DNA from: Octopus bimaculoides
Taxonomy: Eukaryota
DNA: 64,000 bases
Reading direction: 5' to 3'
Assembly: GCF_001194135.2 (NCBI RefSeq)
Contig: NC_068986.1
Location: 100,871,818 to 100,935,817, forward strand
The notes beneath the pieces were generated by a model. That model worked only from the letters and a program-made list of their open reading frames with translations, did no database searches and was not told where the DNA came from. The position numbers and the translations under genes are program-made. Shown in pieces: positions 1 to 11,964 of this stretch (positions are counted from its first letter, which is position 1; each line of letters opens with the position of its first letter).

Positions 1-495
1 CAGTTCAGAATCCTTTGATGATGTAGAAGGGCGACAGTCGTCTGATTTATTTTCTCTAATCAACCTCTGAACGTTCTGTTTAGATACTGCTTGATCTATT
101 CCGTCGGTGATGATTTGTCGATTTGTCTGTTGATCCTGTATAAAATCCTTTTCACTCTGATGTTTATTTTGTCTCTACTACAACTGCACTTTTTAAAGGA
201 GTTGCAAATGAAATGTCAAATATATATTTTGTTGCATTGTTGTTAAACACATTTGACTTTGTTTGAAACGATAGCATATTTTCCTATCCTTCACAGGTTT
301 TAGTAATGTTTGGTACTTTAGATAAAAGTTTAAGATTTTCGATTTAACTAACTCATTCGTAACACAAGGGATGAATGCATTTTGCCAAGGAAGAATTAAC
401 TTTTCTGCTACAATCATGACAAATTGTTTAATTGAAAGATCGTAACTACATTTTTCTTTCTTTTTCTCGCTCAAATAAAAACACATTTTAGCACG
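1..495 (-). mobile_element. Degenerate hATm-like DNA transposase, N-terminal fragment
   Basis: Minus-strand translation across frameshifts: ...VAEKLILPWQNAFIPCVTNELVKSKILNFYLKYQTLLKPVKDRK / KYIFDIS / CNSFKKCSCSRDK / SEKDFIQDQQTNRQIITDGID. This matches the recalled hATm pattern (VA..I..IW..ASIP..., LFDI..CKC..C.C, E..FL.DQR..R.M.IG.VD). Runs off the window edge. Confidence 0.7.
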
Positions 496-1050
496 CCCCT
501 TCTGAAATAGACTAGTTGATATCAATAAGGTATTTTTGATCAGTGCTGAGATCGATTCTGTCTACTGATTGAATCTGATTAAAGTTCACAACGCTTAGTG
601 TTTCACACCACTCCAATCTGTAATGAATCAGGCCAAAAATCCTCGAGGCCGGCAGCTTTTTTGTCGAGATCGTTAATAAGGTGGGTTTTCAGTAATATGA
701 CGCGTTATTGGCTTATGAGTCATTATTAAATGTAGAAACACTAAATTTAGCACCATCATTAATTTCAATACAATGGCCTAAATTCAACGTACAAAGTAGA
801 ACACTTCACATATATGCGACCACGTCCACACGCAACGAACGTTGCTGCGGCACTGGGGAGAATTCACATTCCCGTTCTGATTATAGTCAATGAGGAAATC
901 CATGACATAAGTAAATCATACTGAACTTTGGTATGCCACCTCTTATGGATACTATATTTACTGTTTTGCATTCTGCTATGTAGGAATATGTATTCGATAT
1001 GACTAATAATCTATGAAATGCAAACTTTAACCAATAATATTGATTTAAAT
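496..1050 (-). mobile_element. Degenerate hATm-like transposase, central catalytic-region fragment
   Basis: Minus strand about 610-500 reads LEWCETLSVVNFNQIQSVDRIDLSTDQKYLIDIN*SISEGAC, matching the recalled hATm motif CE.L.VV.F..I...DLSTDQKYL.DI..AISSG.C. LDKKAAG and FVACG (like VAVGCDG) lie upstream. The upper boundary is uncertain. Confidence 0.65.
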
Positions 1051-2042
1051 AAGTTTTAATTGCGTTGCGGAGCCTAAACAAGTGTTTAACCGCAAAGTCC
1101 TTTATAACTTTTTCTGTTACCTCTAATTTGCAACAAAATATCGAGTCTTAGTTACCAATTTCGAAAGTTGCATTATTTCGCTCAACCATACTGCACATAT
1201 CAGTGAAAATAGACGCGGATGATTCCTACCTAGCTAATTTGCTGTTGCCTATGTTAAATTTTAGGCTCTTTAACTACCTCTGAATTTCGCAATTTGAACG
1301 GCTCCTCAAAGTCTGGTGTCATTTTCTGCTGGATTGGTTACGTAACTTAAACAGTTATGCAATTGTGGTTTTTATCAAATCATTTCAGTATTGGTGTTTC
1401 CTCATTCATTTTCTTAACATTTCTGTCGGTATGCTCCCTTCTGCAGAACAAAGCATTTTATTCTCGAGGACTTCCATACATTATCCATATCGATGACTTC
1501 CATACTTCTTATTTTCTTTCCTCATTACAACACAGGTTTCCCATTTAGTCGTTAACATAAGCAGAGATCTGCCAATAGTAATGCATAATCTATCGAAGTT
1601 GGATTTATTATAAATTATTTGTAGCAAAGTAAACGGAAAAGCCCGTCTTCACCCATTTTTTTCCTCTCCGCCCCGTATACTTGATACTTTCATATTCAAG
1701 CTGTTCAAGTGTATCGATGGTCATGTTGTATATTTTTGTACTCACGAGTGCCACGGATGCGATACGATACGATACTAGAGTTGAAGCGATCATTCCTCAG
1801 TGAAGTAATTTTCTAATAATGCAAGGGGTTAAACTTCATGTTTCCGAGTAAATTTTCCGCAACGTTTCCAATTGATAAGGTAACGAGTCGGATCATTGGT
1901 AAACTGAAAAGCAATCGCTTTGATATATTTTTATCTATTTAATATTCAGCCATAGGAATTTAGCAAAGGTTTTGTGTGCTAATAGCGGACATTGTAATTG
2001 TCAATTTGTTATCACTAGCAGATCTCTGTTTATGAGTACCTG

Positions 2043-2044
2043 GA

Positions 2045-2114
<70 letters not shown>

Positions 2115-2228
2115 NNNNNNNNNNNNNNNNNNNNNNNNNNNNNNNNNNNNNNNNNNNNNNNNNNNNNNNNNNNNNNNNNNNNNNNNNNNNNNNNNNNNNN
2201 NNNNNNNNNNNNNNNNNNNNNNNNNNNN

Positions 2229-2259
<31 letters not shown>
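2043..2259. repeat. (TA)n/(CA)n microsatellite spanning an N gap
   Basis: Seen directly. The same pattern flanks most N gaps in the window. Confidence 0.95.
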
Positions 2260-2260
<1 letters not shown>

Positions 2261-3295
2261 CATTAGGCTTATCTAGATAGTAGTTCTGTGTAAAAGCGAA
2301 ATAAAAAGACTATGCTTATTCTAAGAGAAGGACTGTAGCAAGGATATATGTGGTGGTAAGTGGCAGGATAGCGTGAGGTCAGATACGGAGAAAAAGATTC
2401 GAGGTCATTTGAGATCTGACCGAGTGGAATAGATATCAACTACCAATGAATTGGTATGCATCTCTAATGCCTTGTATATGAGAATACGATAGTAAAACAA
2501 AACACTACCAGACACCTATATGAAGTCTTTAAATTATTTCAGGCTATATTTTTGATACTACAGGGAGATAATTAAATTATATGAAATCGTAATAAAATAA
2601 AACGAATCCAACTGACAAATATAGAATTTTAATATTTGTAGCTGAAACCGTATATTTCGTTCTGGCTTTAAGCAATATATTTGATTGTCGGGAAAGTGGA
2701 GAGCTGCACAGTGAAATAAATTAATAAGTAATAACGAAACTATATTTTAGACTTACTAACAAGGCCAATCTTTAAAGATGAGATTACCAACTTAATTGAT
2801 TCAAGTTCTTAGGGAGATTGTTCACGTACTGAGTAGAGCAAAGTTACAGGCAGAATCACAAATAAACCACGTGCCTCTATCATGAAGATTACTTGGGTAC
2901 TCAAGGCACGTTGGAACAAATCTGCCTAATCACGCGTCACAATGGCGAAAACAATATTAGTGGCTCTGTTTTAATAGAAGTGTACATGAAGGGAATACAT
3001 TTTTTACTGATCCTATGTTAACGGAACGGCACACTACACTCACGTACGCAAATGCATACACGTACCCACATACACCAAAATTTAGTCTAACGGCAAACTG
3101 GAGAGTTACTCAATACATTCTCGTATAATATATAATCAAAATTAGTGGGAAATTATTGACTATGATTTACAAGTTTTGCCTTATTTCCAGTTATCACAGA
3201 TGTGTATGTGCATGTGCATATGAAGTGGCTGTGTATTTCTCTGATTCCTTTTATAATTCATAAACGTATATCTTCATTATACTTCCTCACATAAA

Positions 3296-3562
3296 TGTGA
3301 GAACCTTATTTATGTAATAAGATGCTCGGGCTGCAACGAACACTACATAGGGTCCACAGGATTATCGCTTAGACGCAGATGCACTCTGCATCGACAGCAG
3401 ATTGCATACCCAGAATACCGAATCATACCCTTTAGTGAGCATATTGAGAAATTCGCAAAACAAATGCTACCACAATTTATAATCCTTCCTTTCTATCAAT
3501 GTGCTATTAGAACACCAACACAAATTAGATTAAATAAAGAAACTTTCTTCATTCAAAAATAC
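3296..3562 (+). mobile_element. Penelope-like element, GIY-YIG endonuclease domain (open frame running into a gap)
   Basis: Stop-free frame: CENLIYVIRCSGCNEHYIGSTGLSLRRRCTLHRQQIAYPEYRIIPFSEHIEKFAKQMLPQFIILPFYQCAIRTPTQIRLNKETFFIQKY. It has the N-L-I-Y...C..C...YIG.TG..LR.R...H pattern and the C-terminal R..KE..FI of PLE endonucleases. Confidence 0.9.
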
Positions 3563-5936
3563 ANNNNNNNNNNNNNNNNNNNNNNNNNNNNNNNNNNNNN
3601 NNNNNNNNNNNNNNNNNNNNNNNNNNNNNNNNNNNNNNNNNNNNNNNNNNNNNNNNNNNNNNNNNNNNNNNNNNNNNNNNNNNNNNNNNNNNNNNNNNNN
3701 NNNNNNNNNNNNNNNNNNNNNNNNNNNNNNNNNNNNNNNNNNNNNNNNNNNNNNNNNNNNNNNNNNNNNNNNNNNNNNNNNNNNNNNNNNNNNNNNNNNN
3801 NNNNNNNNNNNNNNNNNNNNNNNNNNNNNNNNNNNNNNNNNNNNNNNNNNNNNNNNNNNNNNNNNNNNNNNNNNNNNNNNNNNNNNNNNNNNNNNNNNNN
3901 NNNNNNNNNNNNNNNNNNNNNNNNNNNNNNNNNNNNNNNNNNNNNNNNNNNNNNNNNNNNNNNNNNNNNNNNNNNNNNNNNNNNNNNNNNNNNNNNNNNN
4001 NNNNNNNNNNNNNNNNNNNNNNNNNNNNNNNNNNNNNNNNNNNNNNNNNNNNNNNNNNNNNNNNNNNNNNNNNNNNNNNNNNNNNNNNNNNNNNNNNNNN
4101 NNNNNNNNNNNNNNNNNNNNNNNNNNNNNNNNNNNNNNNNNNNNNNNNNNNNNNNNNNNNNNNNNNNNNNNNNNNNNNNNNNNNNNNNNNNNNNNNNNNN
4201 NNNNNNNNNNNNNNNNNNNNATATATACATACATATATATATACATATATATCACGTATCATAACGTGCATCACTTTTTACAATCAGACATTCATATATG
4301 TGTTTGAATTTATTTACCGCTCTGTCCATCTAGTTAGTTTGCGTGTTCTACATATGTGCGTTTGCGTGGAGAGAGGTGGCAGTTTGCTTATTTACCTATT
4401 AATGTATCTATCCATCATATTTATGTATGACTAGCAGAAACGTGTACGTATGTAGAAAAAATATATATATACATACCTCCATATATTTATTTCTGCGTGT
4501 GCGTATTCGTACTTATGATTATGATTGGGTATGGTTGCGTATGTGTATGTGTGTCTGTGTGCGCGTGCATGTATGTAAGATGAGTGACAAAGGCACTATG
4601 GGTAAGAAAGTGTTAATCATTTAAACATAATGATTTTTTTTTTCTTTTATGATCGAGAATATTTTTGGAGAAATACAAACCTCGCAAATCCTCCGAGGTT
4701 ACTGAGATTGATGTTGTTAATGCTCCATTGAAACTATCTGTAGAAGAAACCACCTATAATGATATATGCAAGAAGGGGATACAAGAGGGCTGATGCTCTG
4801 AGGATGATAGATTTGGCATAGATGTTTGTGTAAGCAATTTTGTAGCACCACCGCAGTTGTTGAAAGATTAAGACTCGATTTTTTAGTGCGTACGTAAGTG
4901 CTATAAGTACCAGACCAGCTAATTCTATGGGAAAGATTACTTTAGCGTAGATTTAGTAAGGTGAAAGCTAGCGATTACAATGTCTGTTACGGATGAATTG
5001 CCAATTAGCCGTGTGACCCAGCTCTGAGAATGGTGCAAGATATCAGTGTACACAACAACAACACTGTCTCAAATATGGGAGCAGTACCCTATTGCAGACC
5101 TAAAATGTGACTTGTATATAATCGACAGTTGTTGGGGTCTGGGATATATTTTGACACAAAAGAAAAGGTTCTGTCTTTACAGTCTAATATCAACCCCGCA
5201 GAGATTGTGCTTCCACCAGGAAAACCCCTTTTCCATAGTGTAACTCAGGATTCGAAGCAACTATGGTGACGTTCATATATTCAGTGGCTCATTGAGCTGG
5301 TGTTTGATACGATTGGCTCATCTTTTACTTTTTCGTTAAATTTGTGAATAAAGTAATAAGTTCAGGTTTGGTATGAGAAGCCTGGATTGTGTGCGGATGA
5401 TGCATAATTATAGAAGATTAAGAAGAAAGGAAAGGTTGCACCAGATGCACAAGAGTGAGCGCTTTTCAATGTGGCCTCAAGTAGATGGTTGATGAATAGA
5501 AAAAAGCCTGTGAAGAAAAGAACATAAAGCTGGGAACAGCAGAGCTTATTGAGAGTAGGGCAGAAAGATCACCCTCAGTATACTGCAATAAATTTCTCTT
5601 CTCTCTTCCTCCCAGTAAAGAAATGTGTATAGAGGTCGGTCAGTTCGCCTCATGGTTCCAAATGGTTAAAGAGAGTGGATTTTAGGTTTATGCTCTCGCA
5701 CTATATGAAGGTGTATATGTAATAGTGCGTTGAAATATCACGAAGAACTCCAATGCTTCCAGTAGATCGATCTCAAGTAAATACACTGTAGGTGCAGACA
5801 GTGGTGAGACACCAGGTGGCATGTTGCACCAGCCAACAGGAAAAAAAAATAATAAACTGAATTTGTAACAATGGTAGTGCATACAAATAGTAGTGTTGAT
5901 ACAGCAGTATCAAGTAGTAGTAGGGGTAGCTTTGAC

Positions 5937-5938
<2 letters not shown>

Positions 5939-6024
<86 letters not shown>

Positions 6025-6049
6025 CTAGTAGTACTAGTAGTAGTAGTAG
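5939..6049. repeat. Compound (TAT)n-(TAG)n microsatellite
   Basis: Seen directly. It is the source of the poly-I, poly-S, poly-L and poly-T ORFs. Confidence 0.95.
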
Positions 6050-6371
6050 CGACAGTTCTACGAGTAGCCGAAGCGGCAACAGTAAATTGGTAGTAGCAGG
6101 GGCGTTGTGAGAAGATTACTTGATGCAGTATTTGGAGCAATTTGGTAACATCAACATCTGGGATAGGAGTGGGTGAGTTAAATTGGAGAAAGGAGAAGTG
6201 AATCAATTCATGAAAGTACAGGTCAAATTTCTGTTCATTTTGGCCGTTGCTTCTACTATCGTTAATGTTGCTAGTATTATTGTTCGTTATATTTTTGTTG
6301 TACGTTTTGTGGTTGTTCTTCTTGTTTCTGCAATGGTTACTGTTGTTGTGGCGATGGATAGCAGATTTCTT

Positions 6372-6489
6372 AAGGCGGCGAGCTGGCAGAAGCGTTAGCA
6401 GACCAGGCGAAACTCTTAGCAGTATTTCATCTGCTGCTGTATTCTCCGTTCAAGTTCCACCGAGGTCGACTTTACATTTCATTTTTTTA
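6372..6489 (+). mobile_element. tRNA-derived SINE family A, 3'-truncated copy
   Basis: Head aaggcggcgagctggcagaa...gaggtcgactttac is shared with the other family A copies. It abuts the next copy head-to-tail. Confidence 0.8.
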
Positions 6490-6697
6490 AAGGTGGTGAG
6501 ATGGCAGAAACACTAGCACACCGGGCGAAATGCTTAGCGGTACTTCGTCTGCTTTTAAGTTCTGAGTTCAAATTCCGCCGAGGTCGACTTTACACTTCAT
6601 CCTTTCGGAGTAGAAAAATTAAATACCAGTTGCGTAGTGGGGTCGATCTAATCGACTGGCCCCATCTCCAAAAATTTCCTAGAGTAGAAACGAATAG
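6490..6697 (+). mobile_element. SINE family A (probable Deu/Nin-type core), near full length, tail type 1
   Basis: B-box-like gagttcaaattcc and core gccgaggtcgactttacacttcatcctttcggag...taccagtt, which resembles the recalled Deu/Nin domain. Tail ggggtcgatctaatcgactggcccc...tagagtagaaa. Confidence 0.85.
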
Positions 6698-6860
6698 CAT
6701 ATTTATTTCCCCATTCGTTCTTTTTTCTAGTGTATTCAAGTATTTTGCTGTTCATAGTGTCATCATCGCTGTTGTATTTGATGTAATTAAACTAGGATAT
6801 ATATATACACACATATATATACAGATATATATGTGTGTGTGCACGTACATACATATATAC

Positions 6861-7262
6861 GACGGTCTTCTTTCACTTTCCTATGTTTTTACTACCCTCA
6901 AGGGGCTAAACATAGAGGGGACAACCAAGGACAGACAGAATGATTAAGTGGACTATATCGACCACAGTGCGTAACTAGTGCTTATTTAATCGACTCCGAA
7001 AGCATGAAAGGCAAAGTCGACCTCGGAATTTGAACTCAGAACGTAGCGGCAGACGAAATACCAATAAGCATTTCACCTGGCGTGCTAACGTTTCTGCCAG
7101 CTCAGCGCCTTTCACTTTCTGTGCAGCAAGTCCACTCCCGAGGCTTTGGTCGGCCCGAGACTATAATAGAAGAAACTCACCCAAGTTGGGACGCGGTAGG
7201 ATTAGAACCGGAACCATGTAGTTGAGAAGTAAGCTTCTTACGACACAGCCACTCCGACGCCT
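6861..7262 (-). mobile_element. SINE family B (CORE-like) interrupted by a family A copy
   Basis: 7110-7262 and 6861-6880 join into the same sequence as the copy at 62851 (gtggctgtgt..gtaagaagctt...catggttccgg...ggccgaccaaagcc...aagaagcccgtc). Confidence 0.8.
6881..7109 (-). mobile_element. SINE family A, tail type 2, with 10-bp TSD
   Basis: Family A head and core on the minus strand, flanked by the exact direct repeat tttcactttc at 6871-6880 and 7110-7119. Confidence 0.9.
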
Positions 7263-8610
7263 ATATAGCAAAAGCATTCATAATTTCTAGAAAGAAATTG
7301 ACATGTTTAAAGAGGTTTACAATTATTATTACTAAATACTTATGTTTAGGACATAATATTTCCTATTCATGATTCAATGAGTTATAGTGTAGGACAACAT
7401 TTTTACCCGCAATGTTACGATCTAACCTGCGTTATAATACTTCAAATTTTAATCTGGAATAAGTAAAGGTAACATAATATTCAATTTTCGCGTTCCGCAG
7501 CTTTACAACTCATTGATGTGTAAACTTTACCTCGATACATACTATCGATCATAAAGTGACTTACAGAGATTTTCATCTTTTTTTCTAAAATATGTGACGT
7601 CATACTTGCCTATAAAATGTATATTGTTTCATCTTATTTTCTATATAGTGTATACGCACGCGCATACTCACATTCTTATATGTGTCTGTGCGTTTACGTG
7701 TGCAGAGAGAGAGAGAAAGATACAGATGTTTAGATAGACCGATATATATATNNNNNNNNNNNNNNNNNNNNNNNNNNNNNNNNNNNNNNNNNNNNNNNNN
7801 NNNNNNNNNNNNNNNNNNNNNNNNNNNNNNNNNNNNNNGCTTGCATGCATGCATGTGTGTATAACTAGATGTATAAGCATTTGAAGTACAAAAACATGGA
7901 TTTTAAATTAATCCAAAAAGGTTGAAATATATCTATTGACATTACACTAAGAGCTTCATATTTCTTTTTTTTTTTTATATCATTTGATGTTTCATATAAA
8001 AGACTACATTAAGTATTTGCAATAAATCTAGAACAGTCCTAGCACGAAATATACTAAGATCAAAAGAAACCAAATTTAATTTCAATTTCAACAGGTATAC
8101 CATCAAAATTTATGTTAAGTCAGTCGTAAATTGCTTTAATGTCATCCAATATACTTAGTAAGGAAGGGACTATATACACTTCCATTCACGTTATCAATGA
8201 TATACGCTTATATTCAGAACCATATGGACTAGATGTAAAATGTATAAAAATTACGTGAAGTATCGCGATGTTTTTGTAAAAGTAAATAAATTAAAAGGTA
8301 AAAATAATAAAGAAGAAAGTGTGTTAGAAACTATTTTTAGATTAATTCTGTTATTGATATCGATGAATCATCAACTTTTGATGTTATGTCTTTTTACTGC
8401 CCAGTTTCTATATAATATAATATCGACACAAAGAACAAAACGATGCTGGATAGTGGGTCCTTATATAATATATTTTGCATGTCACATTCACATATTAGCG
8501 ACCATATTGGATCTTGATGCCAAAGCTATATTTTCAGCAGATTTTAATAAATTACCATTTGTAAATCCCACAATGAGAGATATTCAGCAACAGTACTTTG
8601 GAGCAAAGCT

Positions 8611-8882
8611 TATTTGCCAACACAGCATGGCAGTCCTGATTTAGGACGAATGTTGCTGTAATTTAGCCCCAGGAGTTTCGTCTACAGGTGGCTATACGAC
8701 ACTATCTGTGTCATTATATTTTCGAACAAGGGAATCTAGCACCCCCACTCAGCTTCAAACAATATATGTGTATCGCGATTTCCGAAATGAAGGGAAATAA
8801 CCATCTGGAGACGATGTCTCCTGCGGCTAAATTTCAGTAACATTCGTCCGAAACCACGACTGCCATGTTACGTTGGCAAATA
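8611..8882. mobile_element. MITE with about 65-bp terminal inverted repeats
   Basis: 8611-8675 (tatttgccaac...tttagccccaggag) matches the reverse complement of 8818-8882 with about 9 mismatches. Both ends carry TA, which could be a TA TSD. Confidence 0.85.
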
Positions 8883-9264
8883 GTCTTTAATCCAAAATTA
8901 ACAACTTCAATAATAAGTTGTTCATTTCTGATGCGTTGTGGATTCAAAAGGGATTCATTTAATCAATGATGGAACGGACAAAATTAAACGAAATCCAATG
9001 ACAATTGTTGTCGAAATAAGCACAAGACATAATGGAAAATAACACAGATAAATAACACACACCCACACACAGATGCACACGCACAAACATACACACGCAC
9101 ACACGTATACAGGTGCGCAGGCGCACACGCATGCAGACGCATACACGCACGTGAACACACACACACATGCACACTACGTACACACACACGTGCAAGCACA
9201 CATACACACGCGGGCGCACTCGCATACTTACACACACACATACGCACGTACACACACAATCACC

Positions 9265-9993
9265 ATGGTGGGTTGAAAAATTAAACGGTTAAGTTGGAAG
9301 GAGTCAGGAAACAGGTGTGACATTTTGTATGCATAAATTTCAATTTTCATTGACAAGTGTATTGTTTCTTTCCAGGTAAATTAAAAACCGACTCTTCAAA
9401 AGAGACTTCAACAGAAAGTACTTGTGACTTCATTCGAAAATGGACAATATTTGGCATCATGGTGTTATCAATTATTTGCAGATAGAGGGTTTAGCTCCCG
9501 AAGAAATTCATGCTGACATGTTTGTTACATTAGAGAAAGGCAATTCAGCTTATGAACACTACGATAAGGGGAGGGAGGGTGTTGAAGCTGACCTAATGTG
9601 AGGACGTCCTGCACCTGACACCGCCGAGGAAAATATTGATTATGTTCACCGCATGGTGATGCATGAAATGCGAGTGACGATAAATCAAATAGCCAACAAT
9701 ATTAGCATAACGCGTGAGAGAGGTGAGAATATTCTGGAAAATGATCTTGGCAAAACGATGGTTTCTGCTCGGTGGTTGCCATTTTGTCTGGCATCAGGTC
9801 AAACGTGCACCTGGCTGATCACATCGCGGGAAAATCTGACATTGCCTGAGCAGATCTAGCTAGTTTCCCAACCTAGGAAATGAGTTGGCTTCATCACTTT
9901 GTGACAGAGATATAGACACAATCCATGCAGGGGAAACACCTCACATCACCTACCCCAACGAAGGCCAAGTTCCTTTCATCTTCAGAAAAGATG
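9265..9993 (+). mobile_element. Degenerate mariner (Tc1/mariner) transposase, 5' half
   Basis: ATG at 9440: MDNIWHHGVINYLQIEGLAPEEIHADM... then GRPA..EENIDYVHRMVM..MRVTINQIANNISITRERGENILENDLGKTMVSARWLP (WVPR-like), and a W.HHF...Q.KH..SPTPTKAK region. Contains stops and frameshifts and ends at a (TA)n run and gap. Confidence 0.88.
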
Positions 9994-11832
9994 ATATATA
10001 TATATATATATATANNNNNNNNNNNNNNNNNNNNNNNNNNNNNNNNNNNNNNNNNNNNNNNNNNNNNNNNNNNNNNNNNNNNNNNNNNNNNNNNNNNNNN
10101 NNNNNNNNNNNNNNNNNNNNNNNNNNNNNNNNNNNNNNNNNNNNNNNNNNNNNNNNNNNNNNNNNNNNNNNNNNNNNNNNNNNNNNNNNNNNNNNNNNNN
10201 NNNNNNNNNNNNNNTATATATATAGGTTAGCAGAGGTAATGGTATCAATAAGACCAATAAAATTCGTCATTGTAAATTCCAACATTATTTAACATCGGTC
10301 ATTCGAAGTATAAATGTTTTATACAATGCGATTGGATCAAGGGTCTTACTGAAAGTGACCTAAAAGTAAGGAATGTATTTGTAAGGTCAATCTGAAAACA
10401 AGAAGAGAGGAATAAAGAAAAGAGAAAAGAAAAAAAGGAAGAGAGGAATAAAGTAAAGAAAGAAAAAAAGGAAAAAATAAAAACAAGGAGAAAGATAATA
10501 AAGAGATGAAGACAGGGAATGTGTACCAGTTAGTGATCAGTCAAGATATTATGAATGCGGAGATGAGGGTGATAGAGAGAGAAATATATATTTCTGTAAA
10601 AATATGATAAGGTAAAGAGTAAAGGAGTGTCAGATAGAATGAATGGGGGTGACAGAGAGAGGGAGAGATAGAGATAGTTAGTCAATTCTGTTCGTTTATG
10701 ATGTGTATCCCTATATGCGCATCCGTTTCCGTGCGTTTGCGTTAGTAAGTCTGTGTTTGACATATGCGCTTTATAATGAGGTGGGTAAGTTTGAATCTTA
10801 TGATTGCTTATGTCGGTTTCTTCTCAAGTATCGTCTGGCAAGTCCTCTTGAAGTTAAAGTACTATAATTTAACAATGTAGATAAAACCCGAATCTTCTTT
10901 TCACTTTTGTATTTTAAGGCTAGAATGTGTGTGGTGGATAATAGGAGACTTCACTATGAAATAGATGTTTTGAAACTTAAAGGAGTCTGAAAATATTGGA
11001 GCTTTATTCAAATAATTTCTTTTGTGCGGCGTTTGTAAAACTTCGAGCAGCGTTGGATTTTCTGTTTCTGGATACATAGAATCTAGATAATGACACTAAT
11101 TAAAGATGAAAGAAGCGAAACAAGCAGGGATATGTTATTGCTGCATCTATGTTGGAGGTTGTGTTATTGGGAGGACTGAATGATGCGGTATATTTTCTAA
11201 GCATTTGCTATTAGAGTTATAATCAGTGCAGAGACCAATTAGTTACACCTGATAGAAACAATGATGGTTTTCCTCAAAACTTCATTACATGTAAAATGTT
11301 TAGAGAAGCATATGTAATGTGTTTCTCAGTACTCTTTCGAAAGGAAATTGATAAAATTTGAAAGCATTTGCGTCATTCGACTTTTCTATTTCTTTTGACT
11401 TCGGGTTAAACGACAACAGACTTATAGTTAAGTCAACTTGCTCATAATTAAGTATATTTGGCACCATCAAATGCACGAAATGCACTAAGAACATTCTGCC
11501 TTACAATTCTCTATTTATATACTATATTATTTAATAAATTGACACGTTTAAAGCAGTATAGAATTGATATTTATTTGCATGCTTTATTTCTCTATGGATT
11601 TCAGAAGAAATAAGAGCTTGGTTATTCATACGATTGATTTTGTTTATAAGTTTTCGCTTGCAGCTTCAATTCAATGTTTCTTCTATTTTTTTCCGGCGGT
11701 AGCGGGGTGGGGTGGGGGAACCAAATATAAGGAATGTTACATAGACCGAACAGTTGCAAAAACAAAACGAAAGAAAAAGTAAAACAAAAAAGGATAAATA
11801 ATATTAAAATATGAAAAGCAATTTCTACGATA

Positions 11833-11844
11833 ATAGTAATAATA

Positions 11845-11916
<72 letters not shown>

Positions 11917-11964
11917 GTAATGATAATAATAATAATAATAATGATTAATAGATAGATAAATAAT
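11833..11964. repeat. (AAT)n microsatellite flanked by a 19-bp direct repeat
   Basis: aaaagcaatttctacgata occurs at 11814-11832 and 11965-11983. Confidence 0.92.

Noticed and set aside
3464-4274. Long ORFs of 200-300 aa here and at 28707 and 51087-52114
   Set aside because: They are translations through N gaps (X runs) and (TA)n, not evidence of coding sequence.
5738-6206. Poly-I, poly-S, poly-T and poly-N ORFs (also 11622-12039)
   Set aside because: They are trinucleotide microsatellites read in several frames.
8240-8644. 134-aa plus-strand ORF
   Set aside because: It has no recognisable motif and AT-biased composition, and its end overlaps the MITE TIR. Probably a chance ORF.
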